Source of the DNA: Amphiscolops sp. MND2022
Lineage: Eukaryota
Direction: 5' to 3'
DNA length: 64,000 bases
NCBI GenBank assembly: GCA_964187785.1
Contig: OZ076415.1
Location: forward strand, 48,050,001 to 48,114,000
The position numbers and the translations under genes are program-made. Positions within the stretch are counted from its first letter, which is position 1. Each line of letters begins with the position of its first letter. Positions 11,001 to 24,600 of the stretch are shown piece by piece. A model generated the notes under the pieces. It saw only the letters and a list, made by a program, of their open reading frames with translations, had not been told where the DNA came from and ran no database searches.

Positions 11001-14000
11001 GGAAGCACAAAAACGCAACAATGAGAACAGACAAAAAAAGGCGCGATAGAAGTCGAACCCAAAACCTTCTACATAGGAGACAGACACCTTATCCATTATG
11101 CCACGCAGCTGCGAGCATCAAAACATTCACCTAAAAGTGGTCATTACCTGAAAACGCAACGTCATCCATTCATCGTTCCAGCGCAGGCCAACTAAAAGAC
11201 CAATCGACAACATGGGATCCAACAAGAAAACAGCCAGGGCGGGACTCGAACCCGCAATCTAATTAGGAGGCACACGCTTCATCTATTAGGCCACGCGGCT
11301 GTGAGCATCAAAACAAGAAGCTGAAGGTTGTCATTACCTGAAAACGCAACGTCATCTATTCATTGTTCCAGCGAAGGCCAACAAAAAGCACAAATTGACA
11401 ACATGGCAACCAACAAGAAAACAGCCACGACGGTACTCGAACCCGCAATCTTCTACTTACGAGGCAGACGACCTATCCATTAGGCCACCCGGCTGTGAGC
11501 ATCCAAACAGGAAGCTGAAGGTGATCATTGCCTGGAAACTATACTTCATCCATTCATCGTTCCAGCGCAGACCAACGAAAAGAACAAATTGACAAAATGG
11601 GAACCATTACGAAAACAGCCACGACGGGACTCGAACCCCCAATCTTTTACTTCGGAGGCAGACGCCTTATCCATTAGGCCACGCGGCTGTGAGCATCCAA
11701 GCATGAAGCTGAAGATGAAAGCTATTTGAAAAAGGCGGAGTATTCTCTCGTGTATTATCGGAACTCAGCATCTGACATAGAATCCAGGTCGAACCGCGAG
11801 GAAATCTAGCACAACGTTCAGGAGGTTAGGAAACGATATCTACCACATTGAAAGCAACTGAACGCACAAAAACGCAACAATGAGAACAGACAAAAAAGGC
11901 GCGAAGGGAATCGAACCCAAAACCTTCTACATGGGAGACAGACACCTTATCCATTATGCCACGCAGCTGCGAGCATCAAAACATTCACCTGAAAGTGGTC
12001 ATTACCTGAAAACGCAACGTCATCTATTCATCGTTCCAGCGCAGGCCAATGAAAAGCACAAATTGACAACATGGAAACGAACAACAAAACAGCCAGGACG
12101 GGACTCGAACCCGCAATCTTCTACTTAGGAAGCAGACACCTTATCCATTATGCCACGCAGCTGCGAGCATCAAAACATTCACCTGAAAGTGGTCATTACC
12201 TGAAAACGCAACGTCATCCATTCATCGTTCCAGCGCAGGCCAAGAAAAAGACCAATCGACAACATGGATCCAACAAGAAAACAGCCAGGACGGGACTCGA
12301 ACCCGCAATCTACTTAGGAGGCACACGCTTCATCTATTAGGCCACGCGGCTGTGAGCATTCAAACATGAAGCTGAAGGTTATCATTGCCTGGAAACTCTA
12401 CTCCATCCAATCATCGTTCCAGCGCAGGCCAACAAAAAGACCAATCGACAACATGGATCCAACAAGAAAACAGCCAGGACGGGACTCGAACCCGCAATCT
12501 ACTTAGGAGGCACACGCTTCATCTATTAGGCCACGCGGCTGTGAGCATCAAAACAAGAAGCTGAAGGTTGTCATTACCTGAAAACGCAACGTCATCTATT
12601 CATTGTTCCAGCGAAGGCCAACAAAAAGCACAAATTGACAACATGGCAACCAACAAGAAAACAGCCACGACAGGACTCGAACCCGCAATCTTCTACTTAG
12701 GAGGCAGACGCCTTATCCATTATGCCACCCGGCTGTGAGCATCCAAACAGGAAGCTGAAGGTGATCATTGCCTGGAAACTCTACTTCATCCATTCATCAT
12801 CCAGCGCAGACCAACGAAAAGAACAAATTGACAAAACGGGAACCATTACGAAAACAGCCACGACGGGACTCGAACCCGCATTCTTCTACTTAGGAGGCAG
12901 ACGCCTTATCCATTAGGCCACGCGGCTGTGAGCATCCAAGCATGAAGCTGAAGATGAAAGCTATTTGAAAAAGGCGGAGTATTCTCTCGTGTATTATCGG
13001 AACTCAGCATCTGACATAGAATCGAGGTCGAACCGCGAGGAAATCTAGCACAACGTTCAGGAGGTTAGGAAACGAAATCTACCACATTGGAAGCAACTGA
13101 AAGCACACAAACGCAACAATGAGAACAGACAAAAAAAGGCGCGAAAGGAATCAAACCCAAAACCTTCTACTTAGGAGGCAGACGCCTTATCCATTAGGCC
13201 ACGCGGCTGTGAGCATCCAAGCATGAAGCTGAAGATGGAAGCTATTTGAAAAAGGCGGAGTATTCTCTCGTGTATTATCGGAACTCAGCATCTAACATAG
13301 AATCCAGGTCGAACCGCGATGAAATTTAGCACAACGTTCAGGAGGTTAGGAAACGAAATCTACCACATTGAAAGCATCTGAAAGCACAAAAACGCAACAA
13401 TGAGAACAGACAAAAAATGCGCGACGGGAGTAAAACCCAAAACCTTTTACACAGGAGACAGACACCTTATCCATTATGCCACGCAGCTGCGAGCATCAAA
13501 ACATTCTCCTGAAAGTGGTCATTACCTGAAAACGCAACGTCATCTATTCATCGTTCCAGCGCAGGCCAATGAAAAGCACAAATTGACAACATGGAAACGA
13601 ACAACAAAACAGCCAGGACGGGACTCGAACCCGCAATCTTCTACTTAGGAAGCAGACGCCTTATCCATTAGGCCACGCGGCTGTGAGCATCCAAACATGA
13701 AGCTGAAGATGAAAGCTAACTGAAAAAGGCGGAGTATTCTCTCGTGTATTATCGGAACTTTGCATCTAACATAGAATCCAGGTCGAACAGCGATGAAATC
13801 TAGCACAACGTTCGGGAGGTTAGGAATCGAAATCTACCACAATGAAAGCAACTGAAAGCACAAAAACGCAGCAATGAGAACAGACAAAAAAAGGCGCGAC
13901 AGAAGTCGAACCCAAAACCTTCTACATAGGAGACAGACACCTTATCCATTATGCTACGCAGCTGCGAGTATCAAAACATTCACCTAAAAGTGGTCATTAC

Positions 14001-15601
14001 CTGAAAACGCAACGTCATCCATTCATCGTTCCAGCGCAGGCCAAGAAAAAGACCAATCGACAACATGGATCCAACAAGAAAACAGCCAGGACGGGACTCG
14101 AACCCGCAATCTACTTAGGAGGCACACGCTTCATCTATTAGGCCACGCGGCTGTGAGCATTCAAACATGAAGCTGAAGGTTATCATTGCCTGGAAACTCT
14201 ACTCCATCCAATCATCGTTCCAGCGCAGGCCAACAAAAAGACCAATCGACAACATGGATCCAACAAGAAAACAGCCAGGACGGGACTCGAACCCGCAATC
14301 TACTTAGGAGGCACACGCTTCATCTATTAGGCCACGCGGCTGTGAGCATCAAAACAAGAAGCTGAAGGTTGTCATTACCTGAAAACGCAACGTCATCTAT
14401 TCATTGTTCCAGCGAAGGCCAACAAAAAGCACAAATTGACAACATGGCAACCAACAAGAAAACAGCCACGACAGGACTCGAACCCGCAATCTTCTACTTA
14501 GGAGGCAGACGCCTTATCCATTAGGCCACCCGGCTGTGAGCATCCAAACAGGAAGCTGAAGGTGATCATTGCCTGGAAACTCTACTTCATCCATTCATCA
14601 TCCAGCGCAGACCAACGAAAAGAACAAATTGACAAAACGGGAACCATTACGAAAACAGCCACGACGGGACTCGAACCCGCAATCTACTTAGGAGGCAGAC
14701 GCCTTATCCATTAGGCCACGCGGCTGTGAGCATCCAAGCATGAAGCTGAAGATGAAAGCTATTTGAAAAAGGCGGAGTATTCTCTCGTGTATTATCGGAA
14801 CTCAGCATCTGACATAGAATCGAGGTCGAACCGCGAGGAAATCTAGCACAACGTTCAGGAGGTTAGGAAACGAAATCTACCACATTGGAAGCAACTGAAA
14901 GCACACAAACGCAACAATGAGAACAGACAAAAAAAGGCGCGAAAGGAATCAAACCCAAAACCTTCTACTTAGGAGGCAGACGCCTTATCCATTAGGCCAC
15001 GCGGCTGTGAGCATCCAAGCATGAAGCTGAAGATGGAAGCTATTTGAAAAAGGCGGAGTATTCTCTCGTGTATTATCGGAACTCAGCATCTAACATAGAA
15101 TCCAGGTCGAACCGCAATGAAATTTAGCACAACGTTCAGGAGGTTAGGAAACGAAATCTACCACATTGAAAGCATCTGAAAGCACAAAAACGCAACAATG
15201 AGAACAGACAAAAAATGCGCGACGGGAGTAAAACCCAAAACCTTTTACACAGGAGACAGACACCTTATCCATTATGCCACGCAGCTGCGAGCATCAAAAC
15301 ATTCTCCTGAAAGTGGTCATTACCTGAAAACGCAACGTCATCTATTCATCGTTCCAGCGCATGCCAATGAAAAGCACAAATTGACAACATGGAAACGAAC
15401 AGCAAAACAGCCACGACGGGACTCCAACCCGCAATCTTCTACTTAGGAGGCAGACACCTTATCCATTATGCCACGCAGCTGCGAGCATCAAAACATTCAC
15501 CTTAAAGTGGTCATTACCTGAAAACTCTACTTCAACCATTCATCGTTCCACCGCAGACCAACGAAAAGAACAAATTGACAAAATGGGAACCATTACGAAA
15601 A

Positions 15602-15674
15602 CAGCCACGACGGGACTCGAACCCGCAATCTTCTACTTAGGAGGCAGACGCCTTATCCATTAGGCCACGCGGCT
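15602..15674 (-). tRNA. tRNA-Arg(CCT), canonical intact copy
   Basis: Identical to the canonical 73-nt sequence. Confidence 0.9.
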
Positions 15675-16549
15675 GTGAGCATCCAAGCATGAAGCTGAAG
15701 ATGGAAGCTATTTGAAAAAGGCAGAGTATTCTCTCGTGTATTATCGGAACTCAGCATCTGACATAGAATCCAGGTCGAACCGCGATGAAATCTAGCACAA
15801 CGTTCAGGAGGTTAGGAAGCGAAATCTACCACATTGAAAGCAACTGAAAGCACAAAAACGCAACAATGAGAACAGACAAAAAATGCGCGACGGGAGTAAA
15901 ACCCAAAACCTTTTACACAGGAGACAGACACCTTATCCATTAGGCCACGCGGCTGTGAGCATCCAAGCATGAAGCTGAAGATGGAAGCTATTTGAAAAAG
16001 GCGGAGTATTCTCTCGTGTATTATCGGAACTCAGCATCTAACATAGAATCCAGGTCGAACCGCGATGAAATTTAGCACAACGTTCAGGAGGTTAGGAAAC
16101 GAAATCTACCACATTGAAAGCATCTGAAAGCACAAAAACGCAACAATGAGAACAGACAAAAAATGCGCGACGGGAGTAAAACCCAAAACCTTTTACACAG
16201 GAGACAGACACCTTATCCATTATGCCACGCAGCTGCGAGCATCAAAACATTCTCCTGAAAGTGGTCATTACCTGAAAACGCAACGTCATCTATTCATCGT
16301 TCCAGCGCATGCCAATGAAAAGCACAAATTGACAACATGGAAACGAACAGCAAAACAGCCACGACGGGACTCCAACCCGCAATCTTCTACTTAGGAGGCA
16401 GACACCTTATCCATTATGCCACGCAGCTGCGAGCATCAAAACATTCACCTTAAAGTGGTCATTACCTGAAAACTCTACTTCAACCATTCATCGTTCCACC
16501 GCAGACCAACGAAAAGAACAAATTGACAAAATGGGAACCATTACGAAAA

Positions 16550-16622
16550 CAGCCACGACGGGACTCGAACCCGCAATCTTCTACTTAGGAGGCAGACGCC
16601 TTATCCATTAGGCCACGCGGCT
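16550..16622 (-). tRNA. tRNA-Arg(CCT), canonical intact copy
   Basis: Identical to the canonical 73-nt sequence. Confidence 0.9.
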
Positions 16623-17217
16623 GTGAGCATCCAAGCATGAAGCTGAAGATGGAAGCTATTTGAAAAAGGCAGAGTATTCTCTCGTGTATTATCGGAACTC
16701 AGCATCTGACATAGAATCCAGGTCGAACCGCGATGAAATCTAGCACAACGTTCAGGAGGTTAGGAAGCGAAATCTACCACATTGAAAGCAACTGAAAGCA
16801 CAAAAACGCAACAATGAGAACAGACAAAAAAGGCGCGAAGGGAATCGAACCCAAAACCTTCTACATGGGAGACAGACACCTTATCCATTATGCCACGCAG
16901 CTGCGAGCATCAAAACACTCACCTGAAAGTGGTCATTGCCTGAAAACGCAACGTCATCTATTCATCGTTCCAGCGCAGGCCAATGAGAAGAACAAATTGA
17001 CAACATGGGAACCATTACGAAAACAGCCACGACGGGACTCGAACCCGCAATCTTTTACTTAGGAGGCAGACGCCTTATCCATTAGGCCACGCGGCTGTGA
17101 GCATCCAAGCATGAAGCTGAAGGTGATCGCTGCCTGGAAACTCTACTTCAACCATTCATCGTTCCACCGCAGACCAACGAAAAGAACAAATTGACAAAAT
17201 GGGAACCATTACGAAAA

Positions 17218-17290
17218 CAGCCACGACGGGACTCGAACCCGCAATCTTCTACTTAGGAGGCAGACGCCTTATCCATTAGGCCACGCGGCT
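17218..17290 (-). tRNA. tRNA-Arg(CCT), canonical intact copy
   Basis: Identical to the canonical 73-nt sequence. Confidence 0.9.
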
Positions 17291-17885
17291 GTGAGCATCC
17301 AAGCATGAAGCTGAAGATGGAAGCTATTTGAAAAAGGCGGAGTATTCTCTCGTGTATTATCGGAACTCAGCATCTAACATAGAATCCAGGTCGAACCGCG
17401 ATGAAATTTAGCACAACGTTCAGGAGGTTAGGAAACGAAATCTACCACATTGAAAGCATCTGAAAGCACAAAAACGCAACAATGAGAACAGACAAAAAAT
17501 GCGCCACGGGAGTAAAACCCAAAACCTTTTACACAGGAGACAGACACCTTATCCATTATGCCACGCAGCTGCGAGCATCAAAACATTCTCCTGAAAGTGG
17601 TCATTACCTGAAAACGCAACGTCATCTATTCATCGTTCCAGCGCATGCCAATGAAAAGCACAAATTGACAACATGGAAACGAACAGCAAAACAGCCACGA
17701 CGGGACTCGAACCCGCAATCTTCTACTTAGGAGGCAGACACCTTATCCATTATGCCACGCAGCTGCGAGCATCAAAACATTCACCTTAAAGTGGTCATTA
17801 CCTGAAAACTCTACTTCAACCATTCATCGTTCCACCGCAGACCAACGAAAAGAACAAATTGACAAAATGGGAACCATTACGAAAA

Positions 17886-17958
17886 CAGCCACGACGGGAC
17901 TCGAACCCGCAATCTTCTACTTAGGAGGCAGACGCCTTATCCATTAGGCCACGCGGCT
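17886..17958 (-). tRNA. tRNA-Arg(CCT), canonical intact copy
   Basis: Identical to the canonical 73-nt sequence. Confidence 0.9.
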
Positions 17959-18553
17959 GTGAGCATCCAAGCATGAAGCTGAAGATGGAAGCTATTTGAA
18001 AAAGGCAGAGTATTCTCTCGTGTATTATCGGAACTCAGCATCTGACATAGAATCCAGGTCGAACCGCGATGAAATCTAGCACAACGTTCAGGAGGTTAGG
18101 AAGCGAAATCTACCACATTGAAAGCAACTGAAAGCACAAAAACGCAACAATGAGAACAGACAAAAAAGGCGCGAAGGGAATCGAACCCAAAACCTTCTAC
18201 ATGGGAGACAGACACCTTATCCATTATGCCACGCAGCTGCGAGCATCAAAACACTCACCTGAAAGTGGTCATTGCCTGAAAACGCAACGTCATCTATTCA
18301 TCGTTCCAGCGCAGGCCAATGAGAAGAACAAATTGACAACATGGGAACCATTACGAAAACAGCCACGACGGGACTCGAACCCGCAATCTTTTACTTAGGA
18401 GGCAGACGCCTTATCCATTAGGCCACGCGGCTGTGAGCATCCAAGCATGAAGCTGAAGGTGATCGCTGCCTGGAAACTCTACTTCAACCATTCATCGTTC
18501 CACCGCAGACCAACGAAAAGAACAAATTGACAAAATGGGAACCATTACGAAAA

Positions 18554-18626
18554 CAGCCACGACGGGACTCGAACCCGCAATCTTCTACTTAGGAGGCAGA
18601 CGCCTTATCCATTAGGCCACGCGGCT
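18554..18626 (-). tRNA. tRNA-Arg(CCT), canonical intact copy (rightmost perfect copy I found)
   Basis: Identical to the canonical 73-nt sequence. Confidence 0.9.
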
Positions 18627-21600
18627 GTGAGCATCCAAGCATGAAGCTGAAGATGGAAGCTATTTGAAAAAGGCAGAGTATTCTCTCGTGTATTATCGGA
18701 ACTCAGCATCTGACATAGAATCCAGGTCGAACCGCGACGAAATCTAGCACAACGTTCAGGAGGTTAGGAAGCGAAATCTACCACATTGAAAGCATTTGAA
18801 AGCACAAAAACGCAACAATGAGAACAGACAAAAAAGGCGCGAAGGAAATCGAACACAAAACCTTCTACATGGGAGACAGACACCTTATCCATTATGCCAC
18901 GCAGCTGCGAGCATCAAAACATTCACCTGAAAGTGGTCATTGCCTGAAAACGCAACGTCATCCATTCATCGTCCCAGCGCCGGCCAACGAAAAGCAAGGA
19001 CATGGGAACAAACAAGAAAACAGCCACGACGGGACTCGAACCCGCAATCTTCATTACTTAGGAGGCAGACGCCTTCTCCATTAGGCCACGCAGCTGTGAG
19101 AATCCAAACGTGAAACTGAGGATGAAAGCTAACTGAAAAAGGCAGAGTATACTCTCGTGTAATATCGGAACTCAGCATCTGACAAAGAATCCAGGTCGAA
19201 CTAGCTAACAAAAAGACCAATCGACAACATGGGATCCAACAAGAAAACAGCCTCGATGGGACTCGAACCCGCAATCTATTTCAGGTCGAACTCGCGATGA
19301 AATCTAGAACAACGTTCGGGAGGTTAGGAAACGAAATCTATCAACTTGAAAGCAACTGATAGCACAAAAATGGAACAATGAGAACAGACAAAAAAGGCAC
19401 GACAGGAGTCGAACCCAAAACCTACTACTTAGAAGGCAGACACCTTATCCATTATGTCACGCAGCAGAGAGCATCAAAACATTCAGCTAAAAGTGATCAT
19501 TACCTGAAAACGCAACGTCATCCATTCATCGTTCCAGCGCAGGCCAACAAAAAGACCAATCGACAACATGGGATCCAACAAGAAAACAGCCTCGATGGGA
19601 CTCGAATCCGCAATCTACTTAGGAGGCAGACCCCTTTACATTGAGCCACGCGGCTGCGACCATTCAAACATGAAGCTGAAGGTAAAAGGTAGCTGAAAAA
19701 GGCGGAGTATTCTCTCGTGTATTATCGGAACTCAGCATCTGACATAGAATCCAGGTCGAACTCGCGATGAAATCTAGCACAACGTTCGGGAGGTTAGGAA
19801 ACGAAATCTATCACATTGAAAGCAATTGATACCACCAAAACACACCAATGAGAACAGTGACTGACAAAAAACAGCCGCGGAGGGAGTCGAACACACAACC
19901 TTCTGCTTACGAGGCAGACACTTTATCCAATAGGCCACGCAGCTATGAGCATGAAAACATGCAGCCAGAAGTGATCATTACCTGAAAACGCAACGTCATC
20001 CATTCATCGTTCCAGCGCATACCAAAGAGTAACACAAATAGACATGGGAACCAATAATAAAACAGCCATCACAAGACTCGAACCCGCAATATTCTACCTT
20101 GGAGGCAGACGCTGTATCCATCAGGCCACTCGACTGTGAGCATCCGAACATTCGGCTGAAGAAAAACATATCCTGAAAACGCAAAGTCATCCATTTATCG
20201 TTCCAGCACAGGCCAACGAAAAGCAGACATTGACGACAGGGAAACCAACAAGAAATAGTCACGACAGTACTCGAACTCGCAATCTTCTACTTCAGAGGCA
20301 GAGGCCTTATCCAATAGGCCACGCAGCTGTGAGCATTAAAACATTCAGCTGAAAGTGATCAAGGAAGCGAAATGTATCACATTGAAAGCAACTGATAGTA
20401 CAAAAACGCAACAAGGAAAAGAGACAAAAAACAGCCGCCAAATGAGTCGAGCCCACAACCTTCTACTTAGGAGGCAGACACCTTATCCGTTAGGCCACGC
20501 AACTGTGAGCATCATAACATTTCAGCTATTATAAATCATTACCTGAAAACGCAGTCTCATGCATTTATCGTTCCAGCGCAGGCCAAAGAGAAACAAAAAT
20601 AGACATGGGAATCAACAATAAAACAGCCACCACGGGACTCGAACCCGCAATCTACCCTGGAGACAGACGCTGTATCCATTAGGCCGCTCGATGGTGAGCA
20701 TCCGAACAATCAGCTGAAGAAAAACATTACCCGAAAACGCAAAGTCATCCATTTCTCGTTCCAGCACAGGCCAACGAAAAGCACACATTGACAACATGGG
20801 GACCAACAAGAAAACAGCCTTGACGGGACTCGAACCCGGAGTCTTCTACTTAGGACACAGACGCCTTATCCATTAGGCCACGAGGCTCTGAGCATCCAAA
20901 CATCTAGCTGAAGGTAGAAGATAACTAAAAAAGGCGGAGTATACTCTCGTGTATTATCGGAACTCAGCATATAACATCCTAGTCAACCTCGCAATGAAAT
21001 CTAGCACAACATTCGGGAGGTTAGGAAACGAAATCTACCACATTAAAAGCAACTGATGGCACAAAACGCAACAGGGAGAACAGATAAAAAAGGCGACGGG
21101 AGTCGACCCCAAAACCTTCTACTTAGGAGGCAGACACCTTATCCGTTAGGCCACGCGGCTGTGAGCATCAAAACAATTCAGCGATTATAAATCAAAACCT
21201 GAAACGCAGTCTCATGCATTTATCGTTCCAGCACAGGCCAAAGAGAAATACAAATAGACATGGGAACCAACAATAAAACAGCCACCACAGGACCCGAACC
21301 CGCAATCTCCTACGCTGGAGGCAGACGCTGTATCCATTAGGCCGCACGATTTGGGAACTAACAAGAAAACAGCCATGACGAGACTCGAACCCGGAATCTT
21401 CTACTTAGGAGGCAGACACCTTATCCATTTGGCCATGTGGCAATGAGCATCAAAACATTTCAGCAATTAATCATTACCTGGATACGCAGTGTAATGCATT
21501 TATCTTTCCAGCGCAGCCCAAAGACTCGAACACGCAATGTCTTACTTAGGACGCAGACGCCTTATCCAATAAGCCAGCAGGCTGTGAGCATCCGAACATG

Positions 21601-24600
21601 TAGCTGAAGGTGCAAACTAACTGCAAAAGGCGGAGTATACTCTCGTGTATTATCGGAACTCAGCATCTAACATGTATTCCTAGTCAAACTCGCATTGAAA
21701 TCTAGCACAACATTCGGGAGGTTAGGAAACGAAATATATCACAACTGAACGCAACTGATAGCACAAAAACGCAACAAGGAGAACTGACAAAAAGAGCCGC
21801 GAAGGGAGTCGAACACGCAACCTTCTACTTAGGAGGCAGACACTTTTTCCAATAGGCCACGCATCTGTGAGCATTAAAACATTCAGCTAGAAGTGATCAT
21901 TACCTGAAAACGCAGTCTCATGCATTTATCGTTCCAGCGCAGGCCAAAGAGAAATACAAATAGACATGGAAACCAACAATAAAACAGCCACCACGGGACA
22001 CGAACCCACAATCTTCTACTTAGGAGGCAGAGGCCGAATTCATTAGGCCATGCAGCTGTGAGCATTTAAACATGTAGCTTGAGGTGAAAGCTAACTGAAA
22101 AAGGCGGAGTATACTCTCGTGTATTATCGGAACTCAGTGTCTAACATGTAATCCGAGTCTAACTCGCTATGAAATCGAGCACAACGTTCAAGATGTTCGA
22201 AAACGGAATCTATCACATTGAAAGCGACTGATACCACCAAAGCGCAACAATGAGAACTGACAAAAAGAGCCGCGAAGGGAGTCGAACACGCAACCTTCTA
22301 CTCAGGAGGCAGACACTCTTTCCAATAGCCCACGCAGCTGTGAGCATTAAAACATTCAGCTAGAAGAGATCATTACCTGAAAACGCAGTCTCATGCATTT
22401 ATCGTTCCAGCGCAGGCCAAAGAGAAACACAAATTGACATGGAAACCAACAATAAAACAGCCACCACGGGACACGAACCCACAATCTTCTATTCAGGAGG
22501 CAGAGGCCGAATTCATTAGGCCATGCAGCTGTGAGCATTTAAACATGTAGCTTGAGGTGAAAGCTAACTGAAAAAGGCGGAGTATACTCTCGTGTATTAT
22601 CGGAACTCAGTGTCTAACATGTAATCCGAGTCGAACTCGCTATGAAAACGAGCACAACGTTCAAGAGGTTTGAAAACGGAATGTATCACATTGAAAGCGA
22701 CTGATACCACCAAAACGCAACAATGAGAACTGACAAAAAGAGCCGCGGAGGGAGTCGAACACGCAACCTTCTACTTAGGAGGCAGACACTTTTTCCAATA
22801 GCCCACGCAGCTGTGAGCATTAAAACATTCAGCTAGAAGAGATCATTACCTGAAAACGCAGTCTCATGCATTTATCGTTCCAGCGCAGGCCAAAGAGAAA
22901 CACAAATTGACATGGAAACCAACAATAAAACAGCCACCACGGGACACGAACCCACAATCTTCTATTTAGGAGGCAGAGGCCGAATTCATTAGGCCATGCA
23001 GCTGTGAGCATTTAAACATGTAGCTTGAGGTGAAAGCTAACTGAAAAAGGCGGAGTATACTCTCGTGTATTATCGGAACTCAGTGTCTAACATGTAATCC
23101 GAGTCGAACTCGCTATGAAAACGAGCACAACGTTCAAGAGGTTTGAAAACGGAATCTATCACATTGAAAGCGACTGATACCACCAAAACGCAACAATGAG
23201 AACTGACAAAAAGAGCCGCGAAGGGAGTCGAACACGCAACCTTCTACTTAGGAGGCAGACACTTTTTCCAATAGGCCACGCATCTGTGAGCATTAAAACA
23301 TTCAGCTAGAATTGATCATTACCTGAAAACGCAGTCTCATGCATTTATCGTTCCAGCGCAGGCCAAAGGAAACACAAATAGACATGGAAACCAACAATAA
23401 AACAGCCACCACGGGACACGAATCCACAATCTTCTACTTAGGAGGCAGAGGCCGAATTCATTAGGCCATGCAGCTGTGAGCATTTAAACATGTAGCTTGA
23501 GGTGAAAGCTAACTGAAAAAGGCGGAGTATACTCTCGTGTATTATCGGAACTCAGTGTCTAACATGTAATCCGAGTCGAACTCGCTATGAAATCGAGCAC
23601 AACGTTCAAGATGTTCGAAAACGGAATCTATCACATTGAAAGCGACTGATACCACCAAAGCGCAACAATGAGAACTGACAAAAAAGAGCCGCGAAGGGAG
23701 TCGAACACGCAACCTTCTACTTAGGAGGCAGACACTTTTTCCAATAGCCCACGCAGCTGTGAGCATTAAAACATTCAGCTAGAAGTGATCATTACCTGAA
23801 AACGCAGTCTCATGCGTTTATCGTTCCAGCGCAGGCCAAAGAGAAACACAAATAGACATGGAAACCAACAATAAAACAGCCACCACGGGACACGAACCAA
23901 CAATCTTCTACTTAGGAGGCAGAGGCCGAATTCATTAGGCCATGCAGCTGTGAGCATTTAAACATGTAGCTTGAGGTGAAAGCTAACTGAAAAAGGCGGA
24001 GTATACTCTCGTGTATTATCGGAACTCAGTGTCTAACGTGTAATCCGAGTCGAACTCGCTATGAAATCGAGCACAACGTTCAAGATGTTCGAAAACGGAA
24101 TCTATCACATTGAAAGCGACTGATACCACCAAAGCGCAACAATGAGAACTGACAAAAAGAGCCGCGAAGGGAGTCGAACACGCAACCTTCTACTTAGGAG
24201 GCAGACACTTTCTCCAATAGCCCACGCAGCTGTGAGCATTAAAACATTCAGCTAGAAGTGATCATTACCTGAAAACGCAGTCTCATGCATTTATCGTTCC
24301 AGCGCAGGCCAAAGAGAAACACAAATAGACATGGAAACCAACAATAAAACAGCCACCACGGGACACGAACCCACAATCTTCTACTTAGGAGACAGAGGCC
24401 GAATTCATTAGGCCATGCAGCTGTGAGCATTTAAACATGTAGCTTGAGGTGAAAGCTAACTGAAAAAGGCGGAGTATACTCTCGTGTATTATCGGAACTC
24501 AGTGTCTAACATGTAATCCGAGCCGAACTCGCTATGAAAACGAGCACAACGTTCAAGAGGTTTGAAAACGGAATCTATCACATTGAAAGCGACTGATACC

